Shown here in pieces: positions 45,697 through 55,986 of a DNA stretch of 62,805 nucleotides. The notes beneath the pieces are model-generated. The model saw nothing but the letters and a program-made list of their open reading frames with translations, did no database searches and was not told the origin of the DNA. Within the stretch, counting starts at the first letter, position 1, and every line of letters begins with the position of its first letter. The DNA is from a virus. Its lineage: Duplodnaviria > Caudoviricetes. Location of the stretch: the IMG/VR virus record IMGVR_UViG_3300029317_000001, positions 1 to 62,805 of that record; one strand, given 5' to 3'. The position numbers were made by a program, and so were the translations under genes.

Positions 45697-46001
45697 TGTT
45701 TACTCCTTTCTAAGTTCTCGATTTTAGTTGAATTGACTTTCACGTCCACGTGTACAGACATCATTCGGTTGAGGATATCGTCGAGTTTCAAATGAATACC
45801 TGTTTCCATATTGTTCATCTGTACTCGGACTGCAGTGATATCCCCATCATGTTTCTTTCTGAGCGAGGATACATCGTCCTTATGTTCTTTCTCTATTCTA
45901 GTTAAACGCTGGTCATACTCAGCATTAGACGTGGAGTATATTGTGTTACCTAAAGTAAGTATACTCAGCGCTAACGCTAGACCAGCTATCCACTTGTTCA
46001 T
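45693..46001 (-). CDS. TM plus coiled-coil protein (possible lysis accessory)
   Basis: N-terminal hydrophobic helix, then coiled coil; GGAGG RBS. Confidence 0.55.
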   Translation of the reverse strand: MNKWIAGLALALSILTLGNTIYSTSNAEYDQRLTRIEKEHKDDVSSLRKKHDGDITAVRVQMNNMETGIHLKLDDILNRMMSVHVDVKVNSTKIENLERSKQ

Positions 46002-46002
46002 G

Positions 46003-49000
46003 TTAACCTCCTCGGATCTCGCCCATTGATTTCCTAGTTGCTAAAGAGTCTATGGAGCCTCCTGATTCCATAGGAGGTACGTTAGTTACCTCCTGTGATG
46101 CCTCGTTCGCTTTCTCTAGGGCTATAGTTTGCTGCGGTGATAGCGTTGGGTTACTAGGGGTTTCTACGTCAGCAGGGACCTTCTGAGGAGCCTCAGTAGG
46201 CATCGTTGGAGCAGAGAAATCAGGAGCTACATCCTCTTGTTCAAAGTCCTCGAACACCGAGTTCTCTAAAGTAATACCTGCGTCCATTAGACTACGTGAT
46301 TGTTCATTAGCATCTTGATTATCCATTGAAGCCGTAGGGATACCGAAGTGATGCTCCAGTACTAAGCGCGCACGTATGATATCATCGTGAGTCTTAATGT
46401 CGGAAGCCATCTCAATAGTATTCTGGAAGAACTTAGGATCAGTCATCATCTGAGTCATGAACTTCTTATACCCATCGTTCTTCAAACCGCCCATGATCTG
46501 AATAGCTCTCATTGAGTATGCGTAGGTCTTGCTTACGAAACCATGCTTAACCATCAAGTGAGTACTTAGAGAACCTTTCAGCATCTTCATAGCACCTTTG
46601 TTCATCGCGGTACGGTCTAAATCAACACCATCGACTTTGGCTTTCTTAACCATATCCACTAGGCCGAAACCACGTTCAAATGATTTCAAGTGATCCATGC
46701 GAGTAGTGCCTAAGATTGACTCAAGGTTATCACCGTGTTCCTTCATGGCATTGAACAAGCTAGTACCTGTCATAGTACCTGAGCGATCACGGGTTATGAA
46801 TGATTCAACTAACTTACCTGAAATAGTATCACGTATATCATCAGCTGACATACCCAGCTTCTCTAGTTTCGCTGGATCGTCCAACAGTGCATTGAAACGT
46901 TTGATTTCAAGCTTACTCTTGATCAACGTGTTGCTAATGTAATCACCTAGATCACGTTCACCATGCGCACCTATACTTAAGGTATTCGCTATCTCTTGTT
47001 CTATCTTCGCTTGGTTATTCTTAGTAGCTAAGTTAACCTCCCTCGCCATCTTATTCAAATCCAAAGGCTCTTTCATGACTGAGTGAATCACACGGCCTTG
47101 TTGTGCCATATACTCTTCCATGACTTCCACAGGATTACGGTTAGGGTTCATTAGTAGTTTACCCATGTACTCTTGAACTATGTAATCTTTCAACTTCAAG
47201 TGCATAACATCTTGAGCAGCGGCGATGTTGTCAATGTTATGCACATCAATATCATCCACACGATGTGCCATCTTCATCATATCGTCATTGGATAACGAAA
47301 GTAACTTACTGATTGCATCCGTACGTGATTCGCTAGAGCCTGCAGTATTCAGCAGTTCCTCAATTAACTCCTGACCATTACTCTTTAACTGGTTGAATTG
47401 GTTCTTAAGAGTAAACTTCTTCACCTTACTCGCATTGAACTTATCACCAATGATCTCATGGTACTCTTTCTTAGCAGCATTGTAAGCCTTGAATTGCTTA
47501 GGTGTTAAATGTTGAGCGAGTGTATCTTCCATACTCTCAATCACGTTAATCAACTGAGCTTCCTTAATGTTATACGCTGGGTCACCCTTGATCAAGCCCT
47601 TACGAGCTTTCTTAAGCTGAACAATCGACTCATGGATCTCGCGAGCAGTGACCTTAGGAGTAGCTTTGACGCCAGAAGCCAAAGTAACAGTCGCTGTTCC
47701 CGCGATCATATCACGAACCACTTTAGGTAACGCAATGCCCGCTGGGATAATACCAGCGGTCTTGAGTTCCGTAAGTTCCGTAAGAACATGGTTGTTGAAG
47801 AACTTCGTGTTGATTCTAGTCTCCGCAGGTATTGCTTTCTCAAAACCACGTCCTACTAAGGCTTTCAGGTTCTTTTCATAAGTAATAAAAGCGTCTAAGA
47901 AATCCTCACCAAGTCTCGCAGGATCAATAGTTCTACGAGTTTCCTTAAGAAGAGCGTCACGTTCTCGGATCATCTTAGTTTTAAGGGCTTCGAGAGCATC
48001 CTCGGTATTTCCGTGATGCTTCTTAAGTGCCACTTGAAGCGCGTTGTTACTGGCCTCGTTATGTCCTAAACCTTTCTGCTTGAGGAAGTCGTCAACCATA
48101 TCGATATTATGCTTAATGTTTTCCAGAGTCTTCGTAGGGTTCAGTTTAGCTACAGCCATAGAGAAACCTTTGAACTCTTCCAACCCTGTTAGTTGATAAG
48201 TATCTAGCTTTAACCCAAGATGCGCAGCAAGCTCCAAGTTCTGGGAGTATACTTTCTTAACTGAATCACCTGCCTTGTCCATAACGAGCTTCATGTAACC
48301 AGCGTTACTTGTGTCTAATAGGGATTGTTCTTTCAAGTAATTAGCAAATGAACCGTTGTTCTCTTTGAACTCACGGAACACGTTCTTACTGAATGGTAAT
48401 TTACTTGCACCAGTTAACGCAGCGTCTGCCACAGCAACTGCAGTATCCTTAGCACCTACAATAGCTTTACCCGCGAGTACTGTAGGACTATAGTTACTAG
48501 GCCGTGTAGCCGCGTTTAAAGCACCCGCCCCTATAGGAGCAGTGTTCTTACCATCAGAACCTACCTTACCTATAACAACACCTTTCTCATCAGCAGCAGC
48601 TTTCAATGCATCATCGCTAGCACCCGCTAGTTTCGATTGAGATAATCTCCAACCACCAAGGATTGAAGTAACGATGTTAGCACCTACGGCTACAGCACCG
48701 TCTTCATCAGCACCTAAGGTCTCTACGATCTCTTCAACTGTTTCACCTGCAGTTATAGCAGCCATATCAATACCTAGAGACTGAGCGAACTTAAGTGAGT
48801 AATTAGCGAACATAGGATTAACCGCACCTTGTTGCATCATAGTCTTAGCGCCATGACGTGCCATACCTGCACCCATTGAGACGATCATTGGAACAGCTTC
48901 AGCAACATCACCAACGATCTCAGAGACCGTTCCGATTTCATATGAATCAGTAGTGCCAAATTGTACATCGGCTTCACCTGATAAAGCCCAAGGACGTATG

Positions 49001-49410
49001 ACCTTATCTAAATCAGCAGCAGGTAAATCACCTTGGCCACTTAAGACATCATAAGCATCAATAGCATACTCACCTAACGCATTGGCAGCGGTTGGAATCA
49101 AGTCGGCAGTCACAGCCATGCCTTGAGTAAACCCACGTAAACCAGCGGCTGGCGCGGCCTTGATGTCATCCCACAAAGACACTTCGTCCTCGATAGGTTT
49201 CTTAACTTTGAATTGAGTTGGACTATCATCTTCAGGAAACAGCCCAGCGTTACGATGCTTACTCTCTAAGTAGTCACTTTTCTCAGCGGCATAGGTTTCT
49301 TGAGGCGACATGTCTTCTTGCCTTTCTGCCGCGAGTTGAGCAGCGAACATCTTCTCATGTTTACTAGGGGTAGTAGCGCCCACTTTCGAGGCGCGTATTG
49401 GGATAGTCAT
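46003..49410 (-). CDS. Large internal virion (DNA ejection) protein
   Basis: 1135 aa, helical, located after tail genes as in podoviruses. Confidence 0.6.
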   Translation of the reverse strand: MTIPIRASKVGATTPSKHEKMFAAQLAAERQEDMSPQETYAAEKSDYLESKHRNAGLFPEDDSPTQFKVKKPIEDEVSLWDDIKAAPAAGLRGFTQGMAVTADLIPTAANALGEYAIDAYDVLSGQGDLPAADLDKVIRPWALSGEADVQFGTTDSYEIGTVSEIVGDVAEAVPMIVSMGAGMARHGAKTMMQQGAVNPMFANYSLKFAQSLGIDMAAITAGETVEEIVETLGADEDGAVAVGANIVTSILGGWRLSQSKLAGASDDALKAAADEKGVVIGKVGSDGKNTAPIGAGALNAATRPSNYSPTVLAGKAIVGAKDTAVAVADAALTGASKLPFSKNVFREFKENNGSFANYLKEQSLLDTSNAGYMKLVMDKAGDSVKKVYSQNLELAAHLGLKLDTYQLTGLEEFKGFSMAVAKLNPTKTLENIKHNIDMVDDFLKQKGLGHNEASNNALQVALKKHHGNTEDALEALKTKMIRERDALLKETRRTIDPARLGEDFLDAFITYEKNLKALVGRGFEKAIPAETRINTKFFNNHVLTELTELKTAGIIPAGIALPKVVRDMIAGTATVTLASGVKATPKVTAREIHESIVQLKKARKGLIKGDPAYNIKEAQLINVIESMEDTLAQHLTPKQFKAYNAAKKEYHEIIGDKFNASKVKKFTLKNQFNQLKSNGQELIEELLNTAGSSESRTDAISKLLSLSNDDMMKMAHRVDDIDVHNIDNIAAAQDVMHLKLKDYIVQEYMGKLLMNPNRNPVEVMEEYMAQQGRVIHSVMKEPLDLNKMAREVNLATKNNQAKIEQEIANTLSIGAHGERDLGDYISNTLIKSKLEIKRFNALLDDPAKLEKLGMSADDIRDTISGKLVESFITRDRSGTMTGTSLFNAMKEHGDNLESILGTTRMDHLKSFERGFGLVDMVKKAKVDGVDLDRTAMNKGAMKMLKGSLSTHLMVKHGFVSKTYAYSMRAIQIMGGLKNDGYKKFMTQMMTDPKFFQNTIEMASDIKTHDDIIRARLVLEHHFGIPTASMDNQDANEQSRSLMDAGITLENSVFEDFEQEDVAPDFSAPTMPTEAPQKVPADVETPSNPTLSPQQTIALEKANEASQEVTNVPPMESGGSIDSLATRKSMGEIRGG

Positions 49411-49419
49411 AGTGACTCC

Positions 49420-50997
49420 TTATTGCATGTAATCTACACCACCATCAGGTGATACTTCGATGAATCTGAAACCTAAGAGTTCGCGATCTTCCTTACGAAC
49501 TAATACAGACCATGAACCATCATCGTCTTGAATAGGGTCAGTATTGAACGTAGCTAGTAACTGAGACTTCGTGCGTTCATCACCTGAACCGAATAGATGA
49601 CTAACGGTAGCTTCGGCAGCCATCGCTTTAACGTTCTTCTTAACGCCCATCTGAGCTTCGTTATAAGCATGATTAACAGCAGCTAGTGAGTACGCAAGGT
49701 TATTACTCTTGAATGCTTCTAGTGTAGTGTTAAGTTCCTGCCCAGTGAATCGACCTGAACCACGTTGAATTCTAACCATAGCATAAGCAAGGAATAGTTT
49801 CTGTGAGTCAAGAGCACCTAGGTTCGCGGAGACCGCCGTGGCTGTATCGGGATGTACTTCCTTATCAGAACGAACGATCGCGTCTATCTTAGATCTCATG
49901 AAATCTTTCTGTGACTTCTCATCACCTATCACACCTTCAATCTCTGTCCCGAAGAACGATTTCATTTGAGCAGGTATAGTAGATGTTAACGCGCTTGTAG
50001 GAACACCAGATAAACCAACGATACTCTTGGTTAAACGAATAACCTTGTTAGCGTTCGAATATGAATCACGTAGCTCAGGGCTGATATCATGCTTCTGTTG
50101 TTCCGCTGTAAGCATACGCTTATTAGTAGTAGAACTCTTCTTGTTATACTCGGCAGCATCTACGTAATCACCATCCCAAGGAACAGCGCCCTCACCTGTA
50201 GCTTCATACAAAGCACCATCGGGACCTTTGTTTACGAAGAGCGTGTGGATAGTCGAAGTATCAACTGAACCATCTTCATTCTTACCGTAGACTTTCATAG
50301 CCGACTTAGGATCAAATGACGCAGCGGCGACTGGTCCTTGTAAGGTCTCATCTTGATTGTCAACCGCAAAAGTATCAAACTCAGTAGCCTTGTCAAACCC
50401 AACTTGCTCAGGACCTGCGATAGTCTTGCTATCCCCAAAGAGTCTACTTAAGCCATTAGCCATAGCTCCTTCAGGGCCTTCAAAGAATTCACGACCTCCT
50501 TCTTGGGCTTCAACTTGAGCATTATATTCAAACTTACGTTTAAGATTACCTGCTACATCACCACCTTGATACTGACGAGTCATACCTTGCTTAGAGCCAG
50601 ACATTTCCTCTTTCATCCAGTAGCTTTCGTTTCTGTAGAACTCATTAATGTCTTCAGTAGTACGCTTGACACCTGAGTTCGCGTAGCGATCAAAGGCTTT
50701 CTGTTTCCAGTGTTTCTCAGTGTAACGTCCATCAGCACGGATAGTACCGTTTTTCTCGGCCTCGCCCCACTCTTTATCTTCAGCAATCTTAGCCGCGCGT
50801 ACCTGAGCATACTCTGTCTTCGCTAGTTCATTATTATGACGAGCTTTATCCTGAGCTAACTGAGCGTACCGTTGTTCCATACGCACCTTACGTTCCTGCT
50901 TCTCTTTATGTAGTTGTAACTTGCCCATAGCTTTACCACGGGTCGCGCCTAACGCAGACATCTGTGCGTTCATGCTTGTGTAATCTATGTTAGGCAT
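49420..50997 (-). CDS. Putative internal virion protein
   Basis: 525 aa; position in the ejection-protein block. Confidence 0.55.
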   Translation of the reverse strand: MPNIDYTSMNAQMSALGATRGKAMGKLQLHKEKQERKVRMEQRYAQLAQDKARHNNELAKTEYAQVRAAKIAEDKEWGEAEKNGTIRADGRYTEKHWKQKAFDRYANSGVKRTTEDINEFYRNESYWMKEEMSGSKQGMTRQYQGGDVAGNLKRKFEYNAQVEAQEGGREFFEGPEGAMANGLSRLFGDSKTIAGPEQVGFDKATEFDTFAVDNQDETLQGPVAAASFDPKSAMKVYGKNEDGSVDTSTIHTLFVNKGPDGALYEATGEGAVPWDGDYVDAAEYNKKSSTTNKRMLTAEQQKHDISPELRDSYSNANKVIRLTKSIVGLSGVPTSALTSTIPAQMKSFFGTEIEGVIGDEKSQKDFMRSKIDAIVRSDKEVHPDTATAVSANLGALDSQKLFLAYAMVRIQRGSGRFTGQELNTTLEAFKSNNLAYSLAAVNHAYNEAQMGVKKNVKAMAAEATVSHLFGSGDERTKSQLLATFNTDPIQDDDGSWSVLVRKEDRELLGFRFIEVSPDGGVDYMQ

Positions 50998-51628
50998 TAG
51001 TCTTCTCCTTCTGAACTTGCGCTACCGCTTGCTTAGATCTAGCCAGTAAGGACTTAGGAGCAACACTAGGAGCTTTCATTTCCTCCATAGAAATCTGTTG
51101 GTCATCATTCTCATCCTGATCCGCTAGTAAAGCATTAGCTTTCATGCGTAAATCTTTAGTCTCTTGATTAACACTCTCGTCATCATCCCACTCTTCGTCT
51201 TCTTCAGCAAAGTTAGGATCGATACCAGCATAAGTAGCCATGGTTATTAGGATATACATGATAGGCTCAATAGCAAGCATCATTAGATCAGGGTTGATCT
51301 TACCTGAGTTCATAGCGTTCTGTAGATACTGTTCAACCAAGTATTCTAATGGGGCCTCATGTCTCAGGGCATCCAGTAGATCTGGGAGAGTCTCAGGATC
51401 ACTGATATCAAGGAAAGCTTCATCAACAAAGTCCTGTATATCCGTGAACTCTGGAGGTGTTTCGTAAGCCGCTTTGTTCTCAGGGTCTTGAGTTAACGAC
51501 TGGCCTGGGATTGAGCTAGCTTCCATCATTTCCATCATACCGCTTTGTCCTTCGGAACCTCCCCCGAAACGAGGGATCCCTTCAGCGCCCGTAGACGCAT
51601 GTTCTTGTAATTGTTCTAGTACGCTCAT
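50990..51628 (-). CDS. Acidic virion-associated hypothetical protein
   Basis: IPGQSLT.DP....YE.PPEF motif seen in podovirus late genes. Confidence 0.55.
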   Translation of the reverse strand: MSVLEQLQEHASTGAEGIPRFGGGSEGQSGMMEMMEASSIPGQSLTQDPENKAAYETPPEFTDIQDFVDEAFLDISDPETLPDLLDALRHEAPLEYLVEQYLQNAMNSGKINPDLMMLAIEPIMYILITMATYAGIDPNFAEEDEEWDDDESVNQETKDLRMKANALLADQDENDDQQISMEEMKAPSVAPKSLLARSKQAVAQVQKEKTNA

Positions 51629-51637
51629 GGGTACTCC

Positions 51638-52747
51638 TTAAGCAAATGCATTTGGATTGTAGTAACTGTTCGGTTGTTGTACACCGCCTACTTGAGAAGC
51701 TGTGACCGCTTGGCCTCTTGTTGGATCAGCAAAGGCAGCTCCTTCAGGACCATAGTAATCTTCGTACTCATTAGGTGCCTGTTGGTACCCAGCCGCTGGT
51801 TGACCTGAGGGTTTCCCTGCTAACAGTGACCTAGCTTTCTTCTGAATGAAGGCCTGACCTTGTTCCTGCGCCATCTCCGTACCTTGCTTAATAGCAGTAT
51901 CAATGAAATCAGGAGCAGCCATCTTAGCAGCAGCTTTCTCAACGCTAAAGTTACCTACCAGATTAGCGCTCTGAGGTCCTGCAGGTAAAGCATCAGTTAC
52001 TGTAGGAGCCCAAGCAGCTGGGACAGCGCTCTGAGAGCCAGCAACAGCGTCCGCCCCTGTGGTCCATGCGCCCTGTACTGGAGCTTGACTAAGAACGTCC
52101 GTACCTGCTTGTTCAGCGAAGGACTCCCCTAGGCCTGCTAAAGAACCTCCTGAAGTAGCTAAGGCATTGGAACCTGCGCTTACCGCCTGACTCCACATAC
52201 CTTGGCCTGCGTCCATAGCTACCTTCGCAGCAGCTTGGTTAACCCCAGCTGTTTTTAGGCTCCCCGTTAAACTAGTACTTAAAGCCTTTCCGAAAGCTTG
52301 CCCAGCGCCAGTGAAACCCTCAGACATCAGATGTTTACCTCCAGCCGCTAGGGCATCTCCTACAGCTCCTATACTACTACCGACCCAGCTAACCGCAGTG
52401 AATGCCGCGTTAGCTACAGTACCTAAAGCCCCCAGTACACCGCCAGCGTTCGCAGCGGCAGCGGCAGCAACACCCATGGAACTCCATAAGGAACCCATGG
52501 CTGCGGCAATGCCAGCGCCTATCCCCGTGGCCGAGAGTACCGCACTGATTGCCATAACACCTACAGGGCCTAGCTTTTGCATCCCTTTCATGATACCTTT
52601 CTTAGCTTTCTTACCAACCTTAGAACTGAAGTCCCAGAGTTTCTTACCTCCAGGAATCGCGTAGGCTGTTTTCTTAGCTACTTTCTTAACTCCTCTGGCT
52701 ACGTTCTTTACCATCTTCTTGAATTTCTTCTTTAGATTCCAGCCCAT
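51638..52747 (-). CDS. Putative ejection/pilot protein
   Basis: Basic N-terminus MGWNLKKKFKK, then Gly/Ala-rich hydrophobic helices; AGGAG RBS. Confidence 0.55.
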   Translation of the reverse strand: MGWNLKKKFKKMVKNVARGVKKVAKKTAYAIPGGKKLWDFSSKVGKKAKKGIMKGMQKLGPVGVMAISAVLSATGIGAGIAAAMGSLWSSMGVAAAAAANAGGVLGALGTVANAAFTAVSWVGSSIGAVGDALAAGGKHLMSEGFTGAGQAFGKALSTSLTGSLKTAGVNQAAAKVAMDAGQGMWSQAVSAGSNALATSGGSLAGLGESFAEQAGTDVLSQAPVQGAWTTGADAVAGSQSAVPAAWAPTVTDALPAGPQSANLVGNFSVEKAAAKMAAPDFIDTAIKQGTEMAQEQGQAFIQKKARSLLAGKPSGQPAAGYQQAPNEYEDYYGPEGAAFADPTRGQAVTASQVGGVQQPNSYYNPNAFA

Positions 52748-52748
52748 C

Positions 52749-54575
52749 TTATGTCTCCTTCTTTTTAAATAACCAATCAAACGCGTAGTCAATACCTTCC
52801 GATACCAGCTTGTCTTTCGCTTGATTCCAAGGATCATTAGCATCCGCTACAATCCCAGCTTGACGGTCAGCAGCAGCACTAGCTTCACTAGCCAATAGTA
52901 TACGCATCTGTCCCTCATGTTTCCTAGCGATCATATTCTCATTAGCAGTCTCAGCCCAGTGAGCTTCATCTCTCGCTTCTTGCCAGATGTTCTGCTGTGC
53001 CGCTGTAGTTAAGTTAAACGCGTTACTAACGTTAGCTTGGTTAGCCGCATTGATACCAGCAGTTTCCGCGGTATTCAATTGACGTCTCCATGCTACATCC
53101 GCTTGTGCTATGATGTTAGCGTTCTTAGTGTTGAACTCCTCTCTCTGCGCATCTAGAGTGCCCTGATGCATAGCCAGTTGATTAGCTGCTTGAGCATTAG
53201 CCATGGCAACATTAGTAGCGTTAGAAGCATTAGATTGACTCACAGACGTCTGAGCAGCTGCATTAGATCTCGCAGTAGCATTGCGTTCAGATGTATTCAA
53301 CTTCTCCATCTCATTCAGTTGCGCGGTGTTAAACTGAGACATCGCATTACGTTGCTGACTATTGAACTGAGCCATATTGTCTTTACGTGCAGCATTCTGA
53401 CCATCGACCTGCGCTTGTAGATTGGAGAGGAACTGGTTACGTTGATTAATACTAGTAGCATTGAACTGTCTAGCAGCAAAGTCCTGCGCACTATCACTAA
53501 GGATCGCTTGAGCACGGGCGTTAAAGTTAGTCTTATTAGCATCTTGTTCAAAGGCAGCATCAGCTTGAGCTATAGGTAACGCAGCGCCAATAATAGCATT
53601 GAACAAGCTATCTCTACCAATACTAGAAGCAGCGATACCTCGGCCTGCTAAAGCCTGTTCAACCTTAGTAACCGCGGGTCTTGCCCATAAAGGGACAGTG
53701 CCTTGCTCCATACCTTCCAAGAGCTTGTTCATGTGTGAGATAGTTGTCGCAGCTTCCATAGGAGCCGTGTCTTCTAAAGCTTCCAACGCCTTGCCGATCT
53801 CATCCAGAGGGATCAGAGATGCCTCATAGTCCCTTACTATTACATCCTTAGCTGCTTGGATATCAGTATGATCTTCTGCGGTGACCGCACGTCCCTCAGT
53901 AAACTCAGCTAGGAACGCTTGAGCTTCTGAAGCGCTGGCAAAAGAAGCAGGCCCCATCTCAGTCCTCGGCATTACAACAGCATCGCCAGATTGTAAATCA
54001 GGACGTACTAGAGGCTGCCCTGTTACAGGATCTACCTTAGGTGTTCCGTCCTCATTACGCAGGAAGATGTCTTCACTAGTGTACTCGTTGTTTAAGTTAT
54101 TAGTAGCTAAGTACTCCGTGGCTCCTGTGGCTATTTCAGCATTAGTAGCTCGGGCTGCTTCTTGTCGCTCAACCCGTGACGCTTCTTTAGCAGCATCTTC
54201 CTCAGCTTCCGAGAGCAATGAGATACGTCTAGCTTCATCAGCAGCGTCCTTCTCCGCTTGTTGCTCGGGAGTCAGGGGTACTGTTGCATTAGGGTCCGCA
54301 GCACCTCCGTATTCCTCAGGTAATACTCCGCGTTCCCCTGTATCTACATTCCCCGTAGGCGCCTGTCCCGCAGTACCGCTAGTAGACGTCTGATTCTGTG
54401 CAGGAGCAGCACTAGGGAGGTTAGGAGCACCTGAGGAAGGAATAGCGTTCGAAGGTGCCTTAGGGTTATCTGAGGGTACTGTATCCGTAGTGCTTGTAGG
54501 CATCCCTATGGTACCTATGTCCTTACGGAAGTTCTCTTCCTCATTTCTGTTAAAGTTCTGTTCAAAGATTGGCAT
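52749..54575 (-). CDS. Putative internal virion protein (Q/N/A-rich coiled coil)
   Basis: AQFN repeats, AALPIAQADA. Confidence 0.55.
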   Translation of the reverse strand: MPIFEQNFNRNEEENFRKDIGTIGMPTSTTDTVPSDNPKAPSNAIPSSGAPNLPSAAPAQNQTSTSGTAGQAPTGNVDTGERGVLPEEYGGAADPNATVPLTPEQQAEKDAADEARRISLLSEAEEDAAKEASRVERQEAARATNAEIATGATEYLATNNLNNEYTSEDIFLRNEDGTPKVDPVTGQPLVRPDLQSGDAVVMPRTEMGPASFASASEAQAFLAEFTEGRAVTAEDHTDIQAAKDVIVRDYEASLIPLDEIGKALEALEDTAPMEAATTISHMNKLLEGMEQGTVPLWARPAVTKVEQALAGRGIAASSIGRDSLFNAIIGAALPIAQADAAFEQDANKTNFNARAQAILSDSAQDFAARQFNATSINQRNQFLSNLQAQVDGQNAARKDNMAQFNSQQRNAMSQFNTAQLNEMEKLNTSERNATARSNAAAQTSVSQSNASNATNVAMANAQAANQLAMHQGTLDAQREEFNTKNANIIAQADVAWRRQLNTAETAGINAANQANVSNAFNLTTAAQQNIWQEARDEAHWAETANENMIARKHEGQMRILLASEASAAADRQAGIVADANDPWNQAKDKLVSEGIDYAFDWLFKKKET

Positions 54576-54793
54576 TAATTACCTCCCCATGAATCGTCTG
54601 TTTCATCTTTCTCAATTGATTTCTCACAATGGTTCTCCTCGAACACGTTTAATATAGTACAAAGGAACGAGCAAACCTTGCAACCGCGCCTTGCTCCTTT
54701 TCCCCATCGGGAACTTAAGGTCTCGTCAGGAGACCCTCCGAAGATAGTGTTGACCAGTTGATCAACAGCTACCAGTAGTTTCCAGAAATACAT
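54575..54793 (-). CDS. Small conserved phage protein
   Basis: DQL.N...GG.PDETLSSR.G...HC.KSIE motif. Confidence 0.7.
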   Translation of the reverse strand: MYFWKLLVAVDQLVNTIFGGSPDETLSSRWGKGARRGCKVCSFLCTILNVFEENHCEKSIEKDETDDSWGGN

Positions 54794-54802
54794 ATAGGCT
54801 CC

Positions 54803-55213
54803 TTAGTAAGCTTCGGCTTCCGTACCTTCTACTAGGATTTCATCAACACGAGACGTCTCCAATATCCCCACAGAAACGAAGTAGTCCAAAGAACTACGTA
54901 TGGCCACTAACTCAAGGTCGACATTAGAGGCTATCTTCAAGTCTTCATGAATATCAATAACGATATCATCTGCACTTTTGCGAATAGCAATACGCTCTGG
55001 TTGTGTGAAGCGCTGCATGAAGGAACGCTTGGTTATTAAGGTTATTCGAAACACAGTAGTCGCGTTTTCCGTGAAAGTGCCGCTACCATCGTCATACGTG
55101 TAGCCTTTACCACACTTCCTGTCGTTTACATCCATGTACTCAGGGAAATCTACAAGAAGACCCTCGATAATATTAACTACAATGTCATTCTGTATTAAAG
55201 CTAATCTAGCCAT
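54803..55213 (-). CDS. Tail-fibre-associated protein
   Basis: ALI....V.NII; ITKR.F..RFT..E. Confidence 0.6.
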   Translation of the reverse strand: MARLALIQNDIVVNIIEGLLVDFPEYMDVNDRKCGKGYTYDDGSGTFTENATTVFRITLITKRSFMQRFTQPERIAIRKSADDIVIDIHEDLKIASNVDLELVAIRSSLDYFVSVGILETSRVDEILVEGTEAEAY

Positions 55214-55986
55214 TACTCTTCCCCTATCCAATGTATTTCACAATAACCAGCACCGCCATTACCAGCCCATCCACCGGTAGAACCCTCCGCGCCTCCCCCG
55301 CCGCCTCCTAGAACACCATCGCTAGCGAAAGCGTTACCAGTTTCATTAACTGCACCGTTACCTCCATTACCCCAAGAAGCACCACCACCCCCTGCCATAC
55401 GATTATCTACCGCGGCACCAGTCCCTCCTTTACCGAAACAATCGCCTCCAACACCCCCGCGCTTGTTTGCGTCATTACAGCCACCTCCACCTCCGCCAGC
55501 GATAACAGCGCTACTGCCTACCCCAGGTTCATCACCATTACTAGCACCCCCCGCCATACCTTCTATATGTTTCCCGTAGGCTGCGAGGGTCGTAATAATC
55601 ACTCCGCCACCATTACCTCCTGTAGCACCGCCATTGCCTTGCTTGCCACCCACGCCTCCCTCGGCAGTAAGAACATGTGAGCCGTGTGTTACTGTTGAAT
55701 CATTACCATCTAAACCATTATTTTGCGTAGTAGGTCCTATAGAGACCGCTGCTACAGAAACAACTACATCCTGCGTTACTGCTATCTTCTGACGTAGAAC
55801 AGCACCACCACCACCGCCAGTAGAAGAACCATCACTAGCATGACTAGCGCCTGAACCTCCGCCTCCTACCAGCAGTATTTCAATTGAATGTACACCATCA
55901 GGACGTACCCACGTACCTGACGTAGTAAATACCTCCGAGCGAGGAATTCCTCCCCCGCCTCCATTCACTTTACTTAATAAAGTCAT
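55213..55986 (-). CDS. Glycine-rich tail fibre protein
   Basis: FTTSGTW..P.GV..I...VGGGGSG...GGAG...I.W. Confidence 0.75.
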   Translation of the reverse strand: MTLLSKVNGGGGGIPRSEVFTTSGTWVRPDGVHSIEILLVGGGGSGASHASDGSSTGGGGGAVLRQKIAVTQDVVVSVAAVSIGPTTQNNGLDGNDSTVTHGSHVLTAEGGVGGKQGNGGATGGNGGGVIITTLAAYGKHIEGMAGGASNGDEPGVGSSAVIAGGGGGGCNDANKRGGVGGDCFGKGGTGAAVDNRMAGGGGASWGNGGNGAVNETGNAFASDGVLGGGGGGAEGSTGGWAGNGGAGYCEIHWIGEE